From a bacterium (GTDB lineage: Bacteria; Actinomycetota; Thermoleophilia; Solirubrobacterales; 70-9): 64,000 nt of DNA. The position numbers and the translations under genes are program-made. The notes beneath the pieces are model-generated. The model was given only the letters and a program-made list of their open reading frames with translations. It was not told where the DNA came from and did not search any database. The stretch covers positions 18,720 through 82,719 of the forward strand of contig JAHEXV010000002.1 in the NCBI GenBank assembly GCA_023251935.1, given 5' to 3'. This document shows, piece after piece, positions 62,469 through 64,000 of the stretch. Numbering within the stretch: position 1 is the first letter of the stretch; each line of letters opens with the position of its first letter.

Positions 62469-62521
62469 CCGCGGTCCGGGTTCGCCCCGCGGTCCGGGTT
62501 CGCCCGCGGGTCGGCTGCGCC
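62469..62521. repeat. Short tandem repeat (18-bp unit, about 2.9 copies)
   Basis: CCGCGGTCCGGGTTCGCC occurs twice (62469-62486 and 62487-62504), then a degenerate CGCGGGTCGGCTGCGCC. It sits between the CorA-N-like stop and the ymdB start. Confidence 0.65.
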
Positions 62522-62544
62522 GCGGCGGTTAGGCTCCCTCGTCC

Positions 62545-63324
62545 GTGCGGATCCTGTTCATCGGCGACATCGTCGGGCGCCCCGGCCGAGCCGGCCTCGC
62601 CGCCGCCATGCCCGAGCTTCGCGAGCGGTACTCGCCGGATCTCGTGGTCGCCAACGGCGAGAACACCGCGGGCGGGCTGGGGATCACCGAGAAGACCGCC
62701 CGCCAGCTCTTCGAGCTGGGCGTCGGCGTGATCACCACCGGCAACCACGTCTATCGCCACCGTGACGCATATGACTTCCTGGACCGGGCCGATCGGGTGA
62801 TCCGGCCCGCCAACTACAGAGCCGGCAACCCAGGAAGGGGGCACACCGTGGTGCCGGTGGGCGACCGCCGGCTCGGGGTCGTCAACCTGAGCGGGTCGGT
62901 CCAGCTCCAGGCCGCACGCTCGCCGTTCGTGGAGGCCGACGCGGTCCTGCACAGCCTCGCAGGGGAGGCCGACGCGGTCCTGGTCGACTTCCACGCCGAG
63001 GTGACCAGCGAGAAGGTCGCCATGGGCTGGCACCTGGATGGCCGGGTCGCCGCCTGTCTCGGCACCCACACGCATGTGCCGACCGCCGACGCCCGCGTGC
63101 TGCCGGGCGGGACCGCGTTCATCACCGACGTGGGCATGACCGGCTCGCGGGCCGGGGTGATCGGGGTGCGGCGGGAGCAGGCCCTGGAGGCGTTCCGCAC
63201 CCAGATGCCGGTCAAGTTCGAGACCGCCGACGAGGACGTCTGGATCAACGGCGTCGCGGTGACGATCCGCGACGACGGCCTCGCGGAGTCGATCGAACAG
63301 GTGCTGATGGCCGCCCCCGCATGA
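62545..63324 (+). CDS. ymdB: YmdB-family metallophosphoesterase (2',3'-cyclic-nucleotide phosphodiesterase, TIGR00282-like)
   Basis: MRILFIGDIVGRPGR, VVANGENTAGGLGIT and TTGNHV. GTG start at 62545. Confidence 0.88.
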   Translation: MRILFIGDIVGRPGRAGLAAAMPELRERYSPDLVVANGENTAGGLGITEKTARQLFELGVGVITTGNHVYRHRDAYDFLDRADRVIRPANYRAGNPGRGHTVVPVGDRRLGVVNLSGSVQLQAARSPFVEADAVLHSLAGEADAVLVDFHAEVTSEKVAMGWHLDGRVAACLGTHTHVPTADARVLPGGTAFITDVGMTGSRAGVIGVRREQALEAFRTQMPVKFETADEDVWINGVAVTIRDDGLAESIEQVLMAAPA

Positions 63325-63947
63325 GCGGCGACGCCGTTCCGGTCCTCGGTGAGCGCTTCGAGCGGGCGCTCAACCTGGCGTTCGAGCTGCATCGGGGACA
63401 GACGCGAAAGGGGTCGGGAGTCCCCTACTTCGGCCATCTGCTGGGGGTCACCTCGATCGTGATCGAGACCGGGGGAGCCGAGGACGAGGCGATCGCCGCC
63501 CTGCTTCACGACGCCGCCGAGGACCAGGGTGGCTACGCGACCTTGGAGCGAATCCGCGCCGAGCTCGGCGGCCGCGTGGCGGCGATCGTCGAGGAGTGCA
63601 GCGACAGCTTCGGTGATCCGAAGCCGCCATGGCGGGAGCGCAAGCAGGCGTATCTCGAGCACCTCCGGGAGGCCTCCGGCGCGGCGCTCCATGTCTCGCT
63701 GGCGGACAAGCTCCACAACATGCGCACGATCGTGGTCGACTACCGCGAGGTTGGCGAGCGCCTCTGGAGTCGTTTCAACGCCGGGCGGGACGAGGTGCTG
63801 TGGTACTACCGCTCGCTGGCCGTCGCCTTCGCGAGACTCCGGCCGGGGCCGTTGGCCACCGAGCTGACCGAGGCGGTCGGGGAGCTCGAGCGGCTGGTCG
63901 AGAACGCGATCGCCGGCAGCGCGAGCACGCAGAACCAGGGGATGTAG
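63321..63947 (+). CDS. RelA/SpoT-type HD-domain hydrolase (small alarmone hydrolase-like)
   Basis: HRGQTRKGSGVPYFGHLLGVTSIV...AALLHDAAEDQG. The ATG overlaps the ymdB stop (ATGA). Confidence 0.8.
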   Translation: MSGDAVPVLGERFERALNLAFELHRGQTRKGSGVPYFGHLLGVTSIVIETGGAEDEAIAALLHDAAEDQGGYATLERIRAELGGRVAAIVEECSDSFGDPKPPWRERKQAYLEHLREASGAALHVSLADKLHNMRTIVVDYREVGERLWSRFNAGRDEVLWYYRSLAVAFARLRPGPLATELTEAVGELERLVENAIAGSASTQNQGM

Positions 63948-64000
63948 AGATAGAACCAATGCTCGGCCGCGAGCTCGACCGCGATCACGACCGCGGCGGC
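63806..64000 (-). CDS. Possible 3' end of a membrane-protein gene entering from beyond the window (partial)
   Basis: The open frame reaches the window edge: ...AAAVVIAVELAAEHWFYLYIPWFCVLALPAIAF... The last roughly 140 nt would overlap the convergent HD gene, so the true stop and extent are doubtful. Confidence 0.25.
   Translation of the reverse strand, partial: AAAVVIAVELAAEHWFYLYIPWFCVLALPAIAFSTSRSSSPTASVSSVANGPGRSLAKATASER

Noticed and set aside
62469-62521. Tandem 18-bp repeat considered as a mini CRISPR or VNTR
   Set aside because: Only about 2.9 contiguous copies with no spacers. It is more consistent with a slippage repeat or GC hairpin downstream of a gene.
1-64000. CRISPR arrays, rRNA genes, transposases, integrases, phage structural genes, toxin-antitoxin pairs, known defence systems
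   Set aside because: I read through the ORF translations and repeats on both strands. I found no repeat-spacer periodicity, no DDE/tyrosine/serine recombinase motifs, and no RT, nuclease-NTPase or cyclase signatures. This is absence by eye only, not by HMM search.

Overview
Very GC-rich (about 70% by eye) bacterial chromosomal segment with roughly 75 genes. Most are on the minus strand, and many are chained by 1-4 nt stop/start overlaps (ATGA, GTGA, TTGA). Nearly all of it is housekeeping. It holds groES-groEL behind a perfect CIRCE operator, a Crp/Fnr-pcm-ASCH-SRPBCC string, and a 1,600-aa Lhr helicase. Next come an rmlA-D-B-C operon, a penicillin-acylase/PPOX/MBL group, and a naturally fused PafBC regulator. 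These are followed by a YhaM-like OB-HD nuclease, tRNA-Phe, and an SftH/MrfA-type helicase-DUF1998 gene coupled to a LOG/TIGR00725 gene. Further genes include folP, a benzoylformate-decarboxylase-like enzyme with a fused FAD/Fe-S dehydrogenase, a DtxR-family regulator, sucCD, sugar-nucleotide genes, fadD and tatA-tatC. A long respiratory/cofactor string runs hemB - fused ahbA/B-like - hemL - hepS-like - qcrABC (Bacillus type) - ubiE - hepT. The window ends with an ABC-2 exporter and ymdB plus an HD hydrolase. Gene content suggests a deep-branching Actinobacteria-like organism; that is inference only. I saw no CRISPR array, rRNA, transposase, integrase or recognisable multi-gene defence system. 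The only clear accessory signature is at tRNA-Lys(CTT). A 46-bp copy of its 3' half lies about 2.1 kb away and brackets a small, less GC-rich, integrase-less island with an internal 83-bp direct repeat. The most unusual observations are: (1) this tRNA-Lys island remnant; (2) two roughly 90%-identical, palindrome-bearing in-frame insertions inside lhr; (3) the helicase-DUF1998 + SLOG/LOG-like gene pair; (4) a fused AhbA/AhbB-like siroheme decarboxylase between hemB and hemL, possibly with a CTG start; (5) a 140-aa remnant-like WecB N-domain gene ahead of a sugar-nucleotide dehydrogenase. All family calls rest on motifs read by eye from the translations; no database search was run.
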